From Lytechinus pictus (taxonomy: Eukaryota), in NCBI RefSeq assembly GCF_037042905.1, contig NC_087247.1, forward strand, positions 63,187,097-63,251,096: a stretch of 64,000 bases of DNA. The letters run 5' to 3'. The translations under genes were made by a program, and so were the position numbers. Of this stretch, positions 14,927-28,990 are shown piece after piece. The notes under the pieces are model-generated. The model did no database searches. It was given only the letters and a program-made list of their open reading frames with translations, and was not told where the DNA came from. Positions within the stretch are counted from its first letter, which is position 1. Each line of letters starts with the position of its first letter.

Positions 14927-16929
14927 GTAAGTCCATTACCGGTTAAGCCTGATTTTGTTGACGAGATGTGTTTATAAAATTTAATTTGAAGATTGGAAGG
15001 AATACTGAGGTATCGAATTGAATTATATTTATCATCGTTAAATTGATCTTTTGCGAGTTTTGCTAAATTGTAAATACTTCCGTAGTAGCAATGAAGAACG
15101 CTGTATTAAGAAAAAAACATATTTGGACTAATGATAACTAAAGACGTGGCGTTTAAATCATTATTCAGTAATGATATCTGTTTGTTATCTACGTGATGTC
15201 ATTAAAGTTCGGTAATTTTTTGTAGATATGTTCTGTTATAATCGAATAAAAAAGTCAGTGCATCTGAACTACTAATGAAACTCATGAAAAAGGCTAACGT
15301 TAATTAAGAAATTACAACCAAAAAGATGTAAGTGTGCATATTGATTTAAAAGGGAAAAAGAAGAAAGACTGAACATTGCAATATTTCTTTCAGTTGTCAT
15401 TGGAAAGGAAATGGTGAAGCCATCGCCTTAAATGACAAGCTATTGCTGAGTGCTCCTGCCAATTACCCTCCTCATATTGCACGCTTTCGGGAGCAAGATG
15501 ACTTCTCTCGATGTCATCAAATTTCATTTAAGTGAAATACCCTATTCACTGGGATTATGGAGTCTCTATACTTCCGTATCTAAGCAAAATTGGAATACGA
15601 TATGACGTCATTTTTTTACACAACATACATTGTATATCGTGGAATGTGTCTCGTTGCAATATAGAATTATATCAAAGTGAAAGAGAATTTTAAAAGTACG
15701 CGCGATTTTCTTTGATTAAGTGGATAGCATATAATTTAAAGTAAGAAAAACATTTTCTACACGGCCGTATTTCAGAAGCTTCGTATAGCGTTTTAAAACG
15801 CATTGAGTTTTCACCACATTTTCTATGAAGCCTAAAAATACTTTTCGAGAGTTAGTTCCAAATATTGTATTCCTCAGCAAAACTGCAAAAGGTGACCTTA
15901 TCATCTTGGTATAGTTGTGCATTTGTGAAATCAATCATATCCATCTCCTCAATGATGTCATAGTAAACCATCAATGTCTGGCATTTTCCCAGCCATTATA
16001 AATTGGAACTAAATCCGATACTGCTTTCCTTCAAATAACTTTCCCTTTCTCATACTCAACATTGAATCTCCAAAAAGTATTCATCCTGTTTTAAAGTTCA
16101 ACGTCATGATGCTTCATCGCTCTAAATCATATTTCAATTTTGAGAGGAACATGAATATATTCCTCTTCAATCCAGTCAATACATTCGGGGATGACGTCAT
16201 TATGATAAAATCTATATAAATTTCTATTTAAGCTATAATAGGTTTATTCTCAGCAGTAAACGGTTATTCATTAGACTCAAATGCTCCCTCGACGTTTCCT
16301 AAATGAGAATAATTATGATTTCCATGGGCTCTAAAAATAATGCTTTAAAGATTTCCGCTCTCTTGATTTTGTTCATTATGATCTCCATTTCCGAAAATAC
16401 CCCCATTTTTATCATGTCTGCGGTACTTAATCATGGCGATGTTGTATATTGCACTAGATAAATCATGCAACTTCATTTATTTCACTTTATTCATACACGC
16501 AAACGAAATGTGAAGATGATTTGTTAAAACAATAATGATACACATTGTTAGGAAATATAATGGGTTGTTATTGCTGTGTGGAGGATGTGAAATCATATGG
16601 TTTCATTTTCGAAATACATTTCAAATTTTCTGCAAAGGCTTCTATATACTCAATATAAATTCTGTAATGCACATTAATGGTGGCATTCATAGTAAACGAC
16701 GCCGTAGGGTCAAACTAACAATAATTCCGAAGGCCTCTCACTAGTATATCAATTATTGTACATATTCAAAATTTTAAATAATTATGATTATTATGATACC
16801 TTCGCTGATTGAATACAGGTGTGTTCATAATAGAGTTAATTGATAACAGTTTAACCTCAATCATTTCTTTTCACAGGTCAATGCATACTAAGTTCTTTTG
16901 ATTTCATCCCAAATGATATTTTCATGCAG

Positions 16930-17043
16930 ATTACTCACTGGCAGAGCCCTCATATGCATGCATACTTCCCTGCACTCACATCATATCCGTCAATGCTTGG
17001 AGACATGTTGGCTGATGGTATCAGCTGCTTAGGGTTTACATGG
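16930..17043 (+). CDS. HDC: HDC exon: [38 protein letters not shown]
   Basis: Matches the HDC-specific block [37 protein letters not shown]; the DDC version differs (SPYFFAYFPTASSYPAML). Acceptor ttcatgcag, donor gtaaga. The 114-bp length is in phase with the previous exon. Confidence 0.9.
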
Positions 17044-18646
17044 GTAAGATATCTTTGCTAATACTTTTTAAACCCCTTTGTCACTTAACTTTGCTCTGTC
17101 TTATTTAACAGTAGACATATTTCTAATTCCATTTCTCCCATCACTTGGAACTATACGACTTATTTTTACTGCACTAGATTCAGTAACTTATGGAATTTCA
17201 TTCAAGTATGGTTTTATAACGTCCAGCTTATAAAGTAAGATGATACTGTATGTATATCAATAATATAAGTTGTTTTAGGCGATATGTGTATGAAATGTAT
17301 AGTCAGATAAAATTAGATTAATTACCAAAATCGTGAAATTGAGATTCCCTTCCATTCTACTTACAACGCAATTTTCGATTCAAGGCTATATATACAACAT
17401 TACTGCACAGACACTTTGAACCTGTCTACCGTTTCATTCCCAATGTCATTCCTAGGGGTATTATTCTAACAAAAACCTACAAAGAGTAATTACTACAAGG
17501 CATATCTTACCAATACAAAAACTAGATCATGTTTAGAGGTGTATTAAATTATCACACTCGGACACCATTACCCTCATATTTCCGCGTTACGTGGTAGGCC
17601 TAATTATACAATATTACTTAAATCTGAAATAAGATGGCACCACGACACCCCATCATAAATTCTGAGAATAAAGATGCAGGTGTTTTACGATCAGATCTCC
17701 TGTTAGATTCACTATAAACTGAGATGATCTGTGTGGGGCCAGGGTTGTCTATCACCTTGTTTTCAATGCCAATTACAGTTCAATGAGTTTCCGACGTCAA
17801 GATGGATGGATGGGACTTACTGATAGGATAAACTTGATGAATAACTAATGAATCGTAGTGTAATAAATCGCCTGTTGCGATATTTAGCAGCACTGATAGT
17901 GCCCTTGATAATTATACGTGTCACTCACTCATAAACACCTTTCCTATCAAATTCTTAAACACAAGTTCTTAGTTACTATATTAAGCTTAAATCTTTAGCC
18001 TTTAAATGTAATGAAGCAGGTTAAAAGTTCCTGATATGAATAACTTATTTTGCGACAAAAAATTTGAGGAAGTACATTTCATTTCACGAACAAAAAAATA
18101 CAACTGACTTTTATCAGACATCTTTATCCTGAATACACTGAGAAATGGAATGAGTAGTAATGCAGCCAAAATAGGGGTTTTAGGAATATCCTGCATAATC
18201 AAATTTTGAATAATCCGAACATGCCGAATGCAGTAATGATTGGGACCATTTGTAAGTCCCGGTCTATACAAATGTTTCGTTCACGTCCAAAGCTTGAATG
18301 GGTGCATTTAACAGCATTTAAGAAGCATTTTTCTTCACATTCCTTCAATATCCCATCAACGTTTAAATTGTATTTGAAGAATTTGAATTACTCCGAATGA
18401 AGCAAGCATAATATAGAGAACACTTATGGGAGGCGTTGTGTCATCATCAGAGATTATGTTTGTGTATGATAGCATGTCAAGTTTTGAAGGTAAAATATGT
18501 GTTACGTTTATACAGCGGGCAATACAAAAAAAAACACCACAGAATAAAAAGCTAATGCTATTACTTTTATTTGTTCAACTAGCCTTCAATTTTGTTTGCA
18601 GTACATGAGTTTTGAGTTTCACTGTTTTCTTTCCCTGTACTTGTAG

Positions 18647-18698
18647 GCATCTAGTCCCGCGTGTACCGAGCTGGAAAAAATCGTGATGGACTGGCTGG
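18647..18698 (+). CDS. HDC: HDC exon: ASSPACTELEKIVMDWLG(split codon)
   Basis: Matches ASSPACTELE..VMDWL. Acceptor cttgtag, donor gtaagt. The exon ends in phase 1. Confidence 0.9.
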
Positions 18699-21600
18699 GT
18701 AAGTTTAGATTTGTAGATCAGTTTCAGAACCCGAGATTCTTTAGATAAATAGATGACATCAATAAATCTCGATCACTTCTGTTATGGTTTTATTGCCTAC
18801 AGAGAAATTGATATGAACAAAAGATTTTGGATGTTTTAAAATAATATATAAAGAACCATGGATTGCGTGGAATCATCAAAATTTTATGAAACAGCACCCA
18901 GGGCTGTTTTATTGGCCATATGAAGGAAAGGAATATGAAGAATAGAATACAACGATCCCCTTCAGTTTGCACTTTCATGTATGGCGATGGTTAAAGGTAT
19001 TTTGTTTTTCCTTATTTATTCGGAGCAGACATCCATTAGTGGATGGGGTCAAGTAATGTTTTATAAAATAAATTTTCTCCAATTTTACCTTCATTCCATA
19101 CAGGAAAATTGGTAGTCTACTGACTTGCAACATAATGGGGGTGATAATCATTGACCTCTAAAAGTACCTTCGAAATGGTCATATAAGACAAATTAAAATC
19201 AGTCATACGCATTAATTTAAGAGCGCTTCAAACGATGATGCTGAACATGCGTTTTATTGTTCACTGAACATTCCTTAACATTTCATTTCAATTTTCATCT
19301 ATGCGTCTTTAATTTGTCATGTAGCTTGTAACTGAGTGAAATTTACAAATTAACGATACATTTCTTATAGAAAAATGTACTTAAATTTGTATAATTGAAA
19401 CACCACGAGTCTAAAAAAATATTTGTGTTGATGACAATGAATCTGACATGTTAAGAAATGTTCATTTAACAACATTCATGCGCCTAACTAATTCTAAATT
19501 GTCAAATAAGCAAATTTTTCGAGAAATTGATTTTAGAGTGATAAGATGCAAATGAAATGCCACAAATTCAAGCAATGTTTACTACTTATATCTCGGATAT
19601 ATCTATGTCATGAAGTAGAGCAGGCATAAACCTGAATACTGCCAATATAAAACAATTTGGATGTGTATGCGCGCGTATTCAGGATTAAAAGCGTTTGTGA
19701 GGGTGTGGGTGTGTATATGGGGGTGGGTATGCGTGTCTCTTTATGACCCTTTCGCTTCGCTTCAACTGCCTCCATCCCTCGAGGGCCTTGATTGAAAAAA
19801 TGGCGGTTTTGAGCCGAATTTGATTCTATCACCAGTCAAGTATGAAATAACTTGTGGGGATCGCAATGCATCATGGGTGAAGATGAAGGATGTGTTTGTG
19901 GAATGATGGACGGTCTACGGGAATCACGTGACATGTGAAAACAAGAATGTAATTAGCTGGCCATTACTGTTCAAAAGGAAGAAAATAAAGATCGAGAATG
20001 TTAAGTGATTCGTAATGAACACGTCTATGTGATTGATAAGAAATCAAATGTATCAAGATAGTCTGAAGGTACACGATTGCATATTTCGTAGAATAATTGT
20101 TTTCCGCATTTTACTAAATTTTTCTACTGATGCCATGATTTTATTGCAGAGAATCCATTGTCAGCAAACTTCGTCCTGTGTTCTGAACATCAAAATCAAT
20201 AAACATACCTTATTTATTAATATATCTTCCAAAAATTGGAAATAATATTGCAACACTAAGTTGCACTTAGATGTGGAAGAGAACAGAACTTCTTACCACA
20301 AGTTTCATTCTGCTATTGTATCTAGACTGATCAATATTGTTGAATATCTCGCAAGCAATACTTGTAGGAATTTCAATTCAGGGAAGGACAGATAAAAAAA
20401 GCATAGACAGGCCTAGAACCATATTTTGTCAACAAAAAACAAATATTAATCTTGGGAGACTGTATTCACACACTTTCTGCTTGATTTCATACCCACCTGC
20501 TCCTCTGAAGTAAATGAGACATCTCAGTCATTCCTTCATTTCACGATGCATACAATATACATAATCATTATGCCAAATTACACATAATGTATCACATGGT
20601 TATTTGCTTCAGCATGACAGAAGCTTCGGAAAAAGATAACGGAATGTCTTTTCATGTACTATCTCTGCCCATTATAAAAAGTTTTATGTCTACAAAACAA
20701 TCATGGACTGTTCTTCAGGGAAATGGGGGAGGGGGGTCTTGGTCTATTTTTTTAGTAGCTCAAAATGATATTTGTTATAATTGTGTGTGTGTTTTTTTCT
20801 TCAAAATTATATAGATTTTAATTGTATAAGCTGACGAGGGTCACGGTCAAAATGTGTCCAGCAATCCTGTCAAAGACCCCAAAACAGATACTTTACCGTC
20901 GAATCTGATTTTGAATAATAAAGTAGGTTTAAACTATTGAAAATGACATCCAAATCCTAAACAAAATAGAAAAATGACAAAGTTTCCAAATGAATGCGAT
21001 GATGATAATAACTATTTTTTTAAATGTTCATTTCCTTACTGCGTTTACATTTTATACTTGAAGCACTGATTTTTTTTGTCTCAAGGATAGGGTAAAATCA
21101 GCGTCACAGTAATTTATTTTTATGCAAGTTAGCTAGAGAGAGAGCGAGAGAGGTGCGGGGAGATTTTTATGTTTATCTATCGACAATGGAGTATTTCACA
21201 TTTCGTGAATAAAATGCACCATCAGATCACGTAGTCTCACTTATTTGCATACAATAAAACAAAGCAAGATTCCTTAATGTATAACATATTCTTTTATCGG
21301 ATTTTGATTTAAATATTCTGTTTATTCTCAATTAATTCAAACAAACCGCCTCACGGTCTAACACCCCTTTCTTGCGTCCTTTCTTCCCATGTACCTCTAT
21401 AAACCATTTCGTAGTTATAATAATAATAATATGTTTTATTTGTATAGCCATTTCGTATAGTTCCATCTGCGCATGATAAGAATATTCTGCGCATGATCAG
21501 AAGAAGGTCATTTGGTACTAAAGTGGCATGGTGGTTTAATGTTTATTGAGATAAGCACCACCTTTGATGTCTTGATTATTAATTTATTCTTTTGAATTGT

Positions 21601-22992
21601 GTTTTTCATTAGATCCACAAAAAACAACAACAATAGTTCCACTAGCGACTGGTATTTGGCCAAGTATATTGTTATAACAACATGCTTATGCATTCAAAGT
21701 AGAAATGCAATAAATACCTTCATAGAGAGTTTATTGGTGTGCTATTCGATTTCTTCATCCTGCTATGTAAGACATGCTTACATAATATCTTGCTTTAAGT
21801 CTGCCTATCATCATGATAAAAATGAAAGGTAATTTGACCAAATATGCCCGTGAAGTAACGACGAAATGGTATATTACAGAATGCATTTCATCTATTTTGG
21901 TGACAAGTTTTATTTGTGTGTAACTCAGTGAATATGTTAATATTCGATAAGATATCTAAAAAAAAACACAATGAAGCACACACAACAAAGAGAATCCCAT
22001 TTTCTTTATTCCTGAGTATGGGTGTGTGTGTGCGCGTATGTGGGTTTGTATTTGTATGAGTGGTTTGGATAATGAGGAGAATTCTTGATATGCATAAATC
22101 AAGCACTTGTGAAATAAAAATATGATAGTCGGCTCGATATGCTGCCTCAGGGAGAAAATTTAGCAACTTTCATTACCACACTTATCTCTTGATTTTAATT
22201 TTATATTTCGAAAAGAAGTCTTTCATCACCGTTCAGTAAAGATCAAATGATTCTCATATTTCCATTTAGATGCCCAAATATAACTCCTAGGGAGGTTGAA
22301 TCATTTTTACCCGCAAACAAATTAACAAATTTGCCCTTTCTACTCGTTCCGCTGAGATCGTTTAAGTGAGGCTCCATGCGGAAAGATAATATAGATCAAA
22401 CGACGTGGTTGTGAAGACAGCTTACGAATATATACACTTTGACACAATTCAGAAAACTAGATATGTTTGATAATATCATTGACCCGGCGTTGCTCAATAT
22501 CACACGGCATTGTTTTCACTATACGAGGAATGCAATTTTTCAAATTCATAATATTTAATGTTTTCTTATGAATCTTGTGAGGAAGAATACTTTTGAAGAT
22601 ACAGACCCTTGGCGAATTTGTCCGGGAGGTACTCTTTCCTTTGTAGTCGTTAATTTGATATCGATTTACGGCTGAGGAACAATTTCCGTCAATAAATAAA
22701 GCATACTCCTATTTTTGGAGAGAGCGCAGCTGAAACTGGGCAGGTCCCGCTAGGAATAGGGTCGGCAAGATAATGGGTGAAACGTGGCCATTAAATGAGA
22801 AAGAAGGATTCGGCTGTTCTTAAATATAAACATTGCTCTCAATGGTTCTCCTCTCTTCTTATTTCACTTCTGAATGGAATCAAATATTATCAATGACATG
22901 AAGGTCTATATTAATTTATTTCCAAAGACTTTACAATGAATAAACCATCCGTATTCAAACATTTGAATTTTTATTTAAAAAGTTTATAGAAA

Positions 22993-23937
22993 TCGAGGCA
23001 CTAACCCTTAAAAAGGCTGGGGATTCCACCCCTCGAATTTTTTTTCGTAATAAACACGGAAAGCTGGTGCCGCGCGTCGTTCCTTGACTTGCTTTTTTCT
23101 TTCAAGTCTCGCGCAAATTTTGAGACCGAATTTGCGACCCTCGCGTTCTGACGTTACCCAACATCTATAGTAAGTCTATGTCAGACCAGAAATTGCACAA
23201 AAAATGTGATTCCATGTACAAATCCAAACTGTGTTTCTAAAATTTCTAAAAGTATCATTATTTTTACTATAAACTTATTGGCCCGGTGGTTTTGAAAACT
23301 GTCCTCTGAATCCACGGTTTATGCAGATTTCCTGTTAAATTACGCTTATTTACCGCTCTTCAAAACAGTGGACTCATGAATGAAATAGCGTACTTAACCA
23401 TGGCAACGGGCGTCATTTTGGCGCACTGTGACAAAAGCGCGCATCAGCGTTGGACATTTCTTTATACGCGGTAAACAGGAAATCTGCATAAACCATTGGT
23501 TCAACCGACGGTTTTCAAAACTACCTTTGTGAATTCGGGCCATTAATTTTGTTTTGTTCATGATCAAAATAAAGTCACTGACAATATCCATGAAAAAAAA
23601 CCCAGAAAAGTCGAAAACAAGGAAATACAGAAGAAAAAAAAAAATGAGTAGAAAATGTGCTACAAATATATATTTTTTGAAGTGCATTATATTTGATCAA
23701 AATGTTACAGTCTGTGAATAGAAAATAATCAGTTCGTGGCACATATCTATATAATTAGACATTTCTTTATTTTACGCATAATAAAATATTAAATATTATT
23801 TCGGAAAAATAACATCGTACACTAGCACTGTGCATATTTCCGTGGCGCTCGCGTGATCGGCGGCCGAGATTTCAGAGGGTGGGTACCCGCCGGTATAGCA
23901 TAGCCAAAAAGACCCAGCCTGAATAGGGTTAAAGAAG
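22993..23937. mobile_element. Non-autonomous TIR element (MITE-like, ~945 bp) with ~20-bp terminal inverted repeats (ttaacccttaaaaaggctggg / cccagcctgaatagggttaa) and an internal long inverted repeat (23281-23337 vs 23470-23540)
   Basis: The terminal and internal inverted repeats were read directly. No transposase ORF is present; ORF 23394-23687 is low complexity. Confidence 0.55.
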
Positions 23938-25269
23938 TATTTTAAATTATAGAAATGGCGGCTCTATACTGTATAACATCTAACATCTATGACATGTTCA
24001 AAAGCATTATTCATTTATTTTTTTATCACTACTTATCTTTGATTTAAAATAGTTTGGTGAAATAACACACTGACACATGTGTACATTTTCTCAAATAAAA
24101 TATCATAATAAGTATATACTTTTTTTCTTATTTGAATTTAGATTTTAGTTAAGTTAAAAGTTGTTTAAAATTTGTAAATATTTCCCTTAGATTGGAAGAG
24201 GCGAACTGACAATCCTGAATGATTCAGACAATCGGAGATTCCCCCCTCCCCTTTAATCTTATAAGTAATAAACAAAAATGAACGAAAAGAATGATATAAA
24301 ATTTTGCTGAGTATCTTATGAACGCCTCACTCATGAGTAGGTTACTCAGTATTAGGTAATATGGATTGGGTAAAACTCGATGATATCAAATAGAATTTAA
24401 CATTTTCTGCAATCTTTCCCGGAAGCATGCTAATTACACATTTTTATTCCAAGGATCAAATAAATACACAACCTTTGTAGAATGTAAAAAGGTTTTTAAT
24501 TTTGTAATGTTTGACGATGAATCATAAATTTATGACATTTCAATGATTATAACAAATATGTATCGTTGGAAAATTCCGTGCATACATTCGCAATTCAATT
24601 ATTTCCTTTAAAGGGCTTTCCCGTCGGCTTTCTGCGGGTAATTTCAGTATACACCTATGAGATTATCAATTCATCGACCTAGGATATGCCTGCTAAAACG
24701 ACACTTTTTATTGATCAAATTAATCACCCGTCATAACTGATCGTAATGAATGGCGAACTGCTACAATAGGAGTAATTCTGCAAAGGTTATGAAATTTCAA
24801 TGGTTGCAGGCAAAGTAAGATATTATTTACAACCTTACCGATTGCGGTTGTCAAGTCGAATCTCTGTTGATTCGTAAATCTTTTTTGCGCGGAAATTTCG
24901 TATTAAATGTGATTAGGGGAACGAGATTATAATTTTCTGTTAATTGCGTTGTATTAGTAGTAGTATGGTAGTTATTCAATCAAGAAACTGGCAAAACAGT
25001 CCAAAGACTGAAAATTCAGTGTACAGTATAAACAAAGGCAAAGTACAATATCATAAAGATGAAATATATGCAGAAAATTACAACCAATCGATTATGATAT
25101 TACACAATCATAAAAAGATATACCAGGAAAAAAAATAATTTAAAAAGTAACATGTTGATCGATGAAGCATGTACAAACGTCAAGAAGTGTGAATGTGTAA
25201 TTCGAACAGAACACAACTCGGGCATTAAATGCTATATTACATGTATAACCATGAAATACGGGAAAATTC

Positions 25270-26110
25270 AACATAAATAAAGAAAAGAAAAAGAAGAGAG
25301 GGAGTGATAGAGAGAGAGAGGAAACCAAGATTACGGGAAACAGTAAATATATGTATAAAAAAAGCAAATGAGAAAGGAAGAGAAAGAAAGAGAGAGAGCA
25401 TGAGATGAATGAGGAAGAGTAGAAAAACGCAAGAGAGTGGGAGGAAAGAGATAGAAAGGAAAGAAAAGATAAAGGAGGGGAAGATGAAAGGAAAAAATTG
25501 AAAAGAAGACCAACAGCAAGAGGAGAATAAGAAAAACAGGAGGAAAGTATGGACGCAAAGCTGGGTTTAACCTTGTAAAAAAATAGCAGTAACTGATAAA
25601 AATTTTCCAAGAATATAAATCAACGAAGAGAATAAAAAGGTGAGATGCGTGGTCGATGAGATAATAGCAAAAAAGATAGGCATTGGCACGAATTGTCGGC
25701 TTCCAATTCCAAACCACATTATTGTGTATAGTTCTACCCAATCAGTCCTTATCTACCCACGTTCCAATCACGTTAATATTACAACCTTCATTTTTTATGT
25801 TACGTATTAATGTTTTATCAGAAGATAATGTACCATGTTTCGAAAAGGACTTGAAAATCATCACTGTGACGTAAAACATTAAATTTACTTTGCACCGTTA
25901 AAAGGGAGAGGCATAGAGCAGTGGATTCCACTTATAGCTCATTTCCCACTAATAATGATTCTTTCCTATATTGGAAGATACATTCAGGACAGATTGAAAA
26001 GGGGAGAGGAATGAGGGGACAAGAGAGTCAGAAAGATAGATAGAAGAGAGAGAGAGAGAGAGAGAGAAGGGGGATCGAGGGGTTGGCGAGCAGAGATGGA
26101 GAGGGAGTCT
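25270..26110. repeat. Purine-rich (GA/GAAA/GAGA) low-complexity blocks (25270-25560 and 25990-26110)
   Basis: The minus-strand ORFs 25140-25610, 25331-25741 and 25949-26194 translate to S/L/F-rich low-complexity peptides. They are repeat artefacts. Confidence 0.85.
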
Positions 26111-26164
26111 CGGACAGAAACATAAATATACTCTTAAATAGTTGGCCAAAAATACCCAACTTTT

Positions 26165-26350
26165 AACCAACCCTTGACAACATACTGTCCACACAACTAT
26201 TGGTTAAAATCTGCCCAAGTTGGGTAATAAAAACTAATAATTGGGTAATTAATTCGCTGATTTGGATAATAATTGCCCAGAATATATTTATATTTTTATA
26301 CCAACATGTATTATCCAACACAGTGGACAGTATGTTGCCAAACATTTTAG
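26165..26350. mobile_element. Small MITE (~185 bp) with ~25-bp TIRs (gacaacatactgtccacacaactattgg ... ccaacacagtggacagtatgttgccaa)
   Basis: The terminal reverse complements were read directly. The interior is AT-rich and non-coding. Confidence 0.7.
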
Positions 26351-27295
26351 GTGTATAGAGGACAAACACACACCATGGGTACGGAGAAGAGAAATGATGA
26401 ACAGAAAATAATGATAGAAATGAAAAAGCAAAGATGACAAAACGGACAGAAAAAAAATCGAACACTGACAATTTCATTGAAAGCTACATATATTAGGATC
26501 AAGAACTAAATTGCATCCACATGGAGACCTATCGTATTATGCGTAGACTTGTTTGCTTTCAATTATTGTATGGAGGTCTGGACCTTAATTGAAACGTCTA
26601 AACTGAGAAAAGATGAACGTAACAAAAAGTCGATATGATATATCTAAGTATTTCATCCATATACTTTAGAAATGTGAACTAGCTGGGAAATTTGTGATTC
26701 ATAATTCATATCATCTGGGGATTATGACTAAACGGTGCTAAAGAAAATTGAATAGTTGTTCGAAATATTTGTTCACTTAGTGTTGTAAACTATTGTAAAG
26801 TGAACTTTGATATACAAAAAATTGTGACATAACAATGATACCTTTAGAAAAAAATAATTTCATTATACATACATACAGACAAACATACATCAACCCTCTC
26901 TCACATAATACACAGCCAAACGCAATTAAATAATAATACACAGCCAAACGCAATTAAAATAATTAAAATAGTACTGACCTTCGCAGTACAGAATGTATTA
27001 GCTAGTACGTCAAAATCCTATTAAATAATATTTTAATGAAACAAATCTATGAGTTATATCTCATTCATTCATAAATTATTAGGAAAATGACATCATTCTG
27101 AAAAAGGCTCATTGGGAGATAATCCATAGTATTTTCCCTCAGTGGCAGATGGAACTATGATAATTGTATGGAAATTAATAAAATGACCCTCTTGAGAATT
27201 ATATACTAGTGTATTTATTTCTTTTTTTGTTTCTTTTTTTTTATACAAAAATGTACTTTAATATACGGTCACAGACATTTGGAATTTTATAACAT

Positions 27296-27657
27296 GTAAT
27301 AATAATAATAATCCGCTTTTAAATAGCACTTAATACATCGAAACGACGTGTCTAAGCGCTTTACAGATATATTATTACCCCGGTCCTCGGATTCAATCAG
27401 TCATTCCCGCACGCAATATGTGCACATCCTCCACTCCCTGGGGAGTATTCCAGTCAGTCGCCGATGAGGCGCACACAGTACTGGACAAGCTACAATGACT
27501 TTCACATCCTACCGGGTACCCATTTAGCACCTAGGTCGAGAGTGGCAAAATGTGGATTAACGTCTTGCCAAAGGACGCCAGACCGCGGTGGGATTCGAAC
27601 ACACGACCCTCTGTTTACAAGGCGAGAGTCTGAACCACTACACCAAGGCTACTCCAC
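27296..27657 (-). mobile_element. tRNA-derived SINE (~360 bp) with an (ATT)n tail at its 3-prime end (low-coordinate side)
   Basis: The reverse complement of 27581-27657 reads GGAGTAGCCTTGGTGTAGTGGTTCAGACTCTCGCCTTGTAAACAGAGGGTCGTGTGTTCGAATCCCACCGCGGTC, which has a tRNA-like acceptor, box A (TGGTGTAGTGG) and box B (GGTTCGAATCC). The body is tRNA-unrelated and ends in aataataataat (27296-27310 on the plus strand). Confidence 0.8.
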
Positions 27658-28349
27658 TTAACATGTGTATTCTCTATGATCATAACGGCTTTCAAAAAGA
27701 TTAAAACTAAATCGATAACTTGGAATTGTCTCGTAAAAATGCGATTATGTTTGGTATCATCACCCTTTCCGTTACATTTTTAATACTAAAAAAATACTAA
27801 TTACTTGCTTACATTGCACTTAGTGATTCTTTATCAGAAGAAAACAAGTAGGAAACTGCTGGTCTAAAACTGTTTCCTTACTCCATGACATGGTCAGATG
27901 ACGGTAACTCACTACTACCGAAATGTTAAGGAGAGAAATAACATTTAAGGGTACATAATTATTCAAATATCACATGTGAGGTTCGTTATTACCCCCCTTG
28001 TCATGCTTGTTGCGGATGTAAGGACCTACAGTGTTCAAATTTCACAAAATCTTCGTCATCAGTGAAGTGTAACAGGCGACTGACAGTACTCTTGATATAG
28101 AGATGGGTATAGAGAGGCAGGATGGTGGTTAAAAATTGACCGAAAGACTGAGGTTCTTTTTAGAAGAGATCGCGCTGTACAGTATAAACATGTGTAAGTC
28201 TAACTAAGTAAGAAATCTGCACCCATCATTTCATCCTTGAGATTTTTCCTGTAAGGAGACTATTTTCCAAGGAGGTTTTTTTTTTTTTTTTTTTTTTGGG
28301 GGGGGGGGCACATATATATAGACACATGTAGTATAGTCTTGATCATATT

Positions 28350-28990
28350 AGTTTTTGTCTCGCCTGCATATCAGAGCGAGACTATAGGCGCCGCTTTTCC
28401 GACGGCGGCGGCGTCAACATCAAAGTTTTTGAAATGACATCATAACTTAGAAAGTATATGGATCTAGTTTATAAAACTTGGACATAAGAGTAATCAAGTA
28501 TCACTGAACATCCTGTACGAGTTTAAGGTCACATGACCATGGTCAAAGGTCATTAAAGGTCAATGAACTTTGGCCGTGTTGGGGGTATTTGTAGAATTAC
28601 CATCCTAACTCTGAAAGTTTATGGATCTTGTTCATAAAACTTGATATATAAGAGTAATCAAGTATCACTGAACATCCCCTGTGAGTTTCAGGTCACAAAA
28701 CAAAGGTCAAAGGTCAATTAAGGTCAATAAACTTAGGCCATGTTGGGGTAATTGTTGAATTGCCATCATAACTTTGAAAGTTTATGGATAGAGTGAATGA
28801 AATATGGACATGGGTGTAGTTGACAAGTCTTAAGTCACCGTTCAAATGTCATTTATGGTCAATGAATATGGTATTATGTCATTATATGAATGGTGTTTTT
28901 GTGAATGATTATTTTATAGTAGTTTTCAAAGTTAGCACTGCTGCTATATTAAATCGTGTAATGCAGGCGAGACTGCCAGAGGCGTTCCAC
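28350..28990 (+). mobile_element. TIR-bounded element (head ttgtctcgcctgcat, tail atgcaggcgagac) carrying an internal tandem array (~2.3 x ~165-bp unit, 28440-28810); copy 1 of a family
   Basis: The head at 28352-28368 and the tail at 28962-28976 are reverse complements. The unit tcactgaacatcct...ggtcaaaggtcattaaaggtcaatgaactttggccatgttggggg is repeated. A T32G11 homopolymer junction sits immediately 5-prime (28276-28318). Confidence 0.6.

Noticed and set aside
20690-20740. ttcttcag|GGAAATGGGGGAGGGGGGTC, which looks like an acceptor plus a Gly-rich stretch that could encode the GGGV region of the missing HDC exon
   Set aside because: The in-frame translation gives GNGGGGSWSIFLVAQ… followed by junk. 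There is no …VLQ|gt donor, and the G-rich stretch is a homopolymer-like run.
25140-25741. 156-aa and 136-aa minus-strand ORFs rich in S/L/F
   Set aside because: They lie over the GA/GAAA purine-rich low-complexity sequence, are overlapping mirror frames, and have no domain-like motifs.
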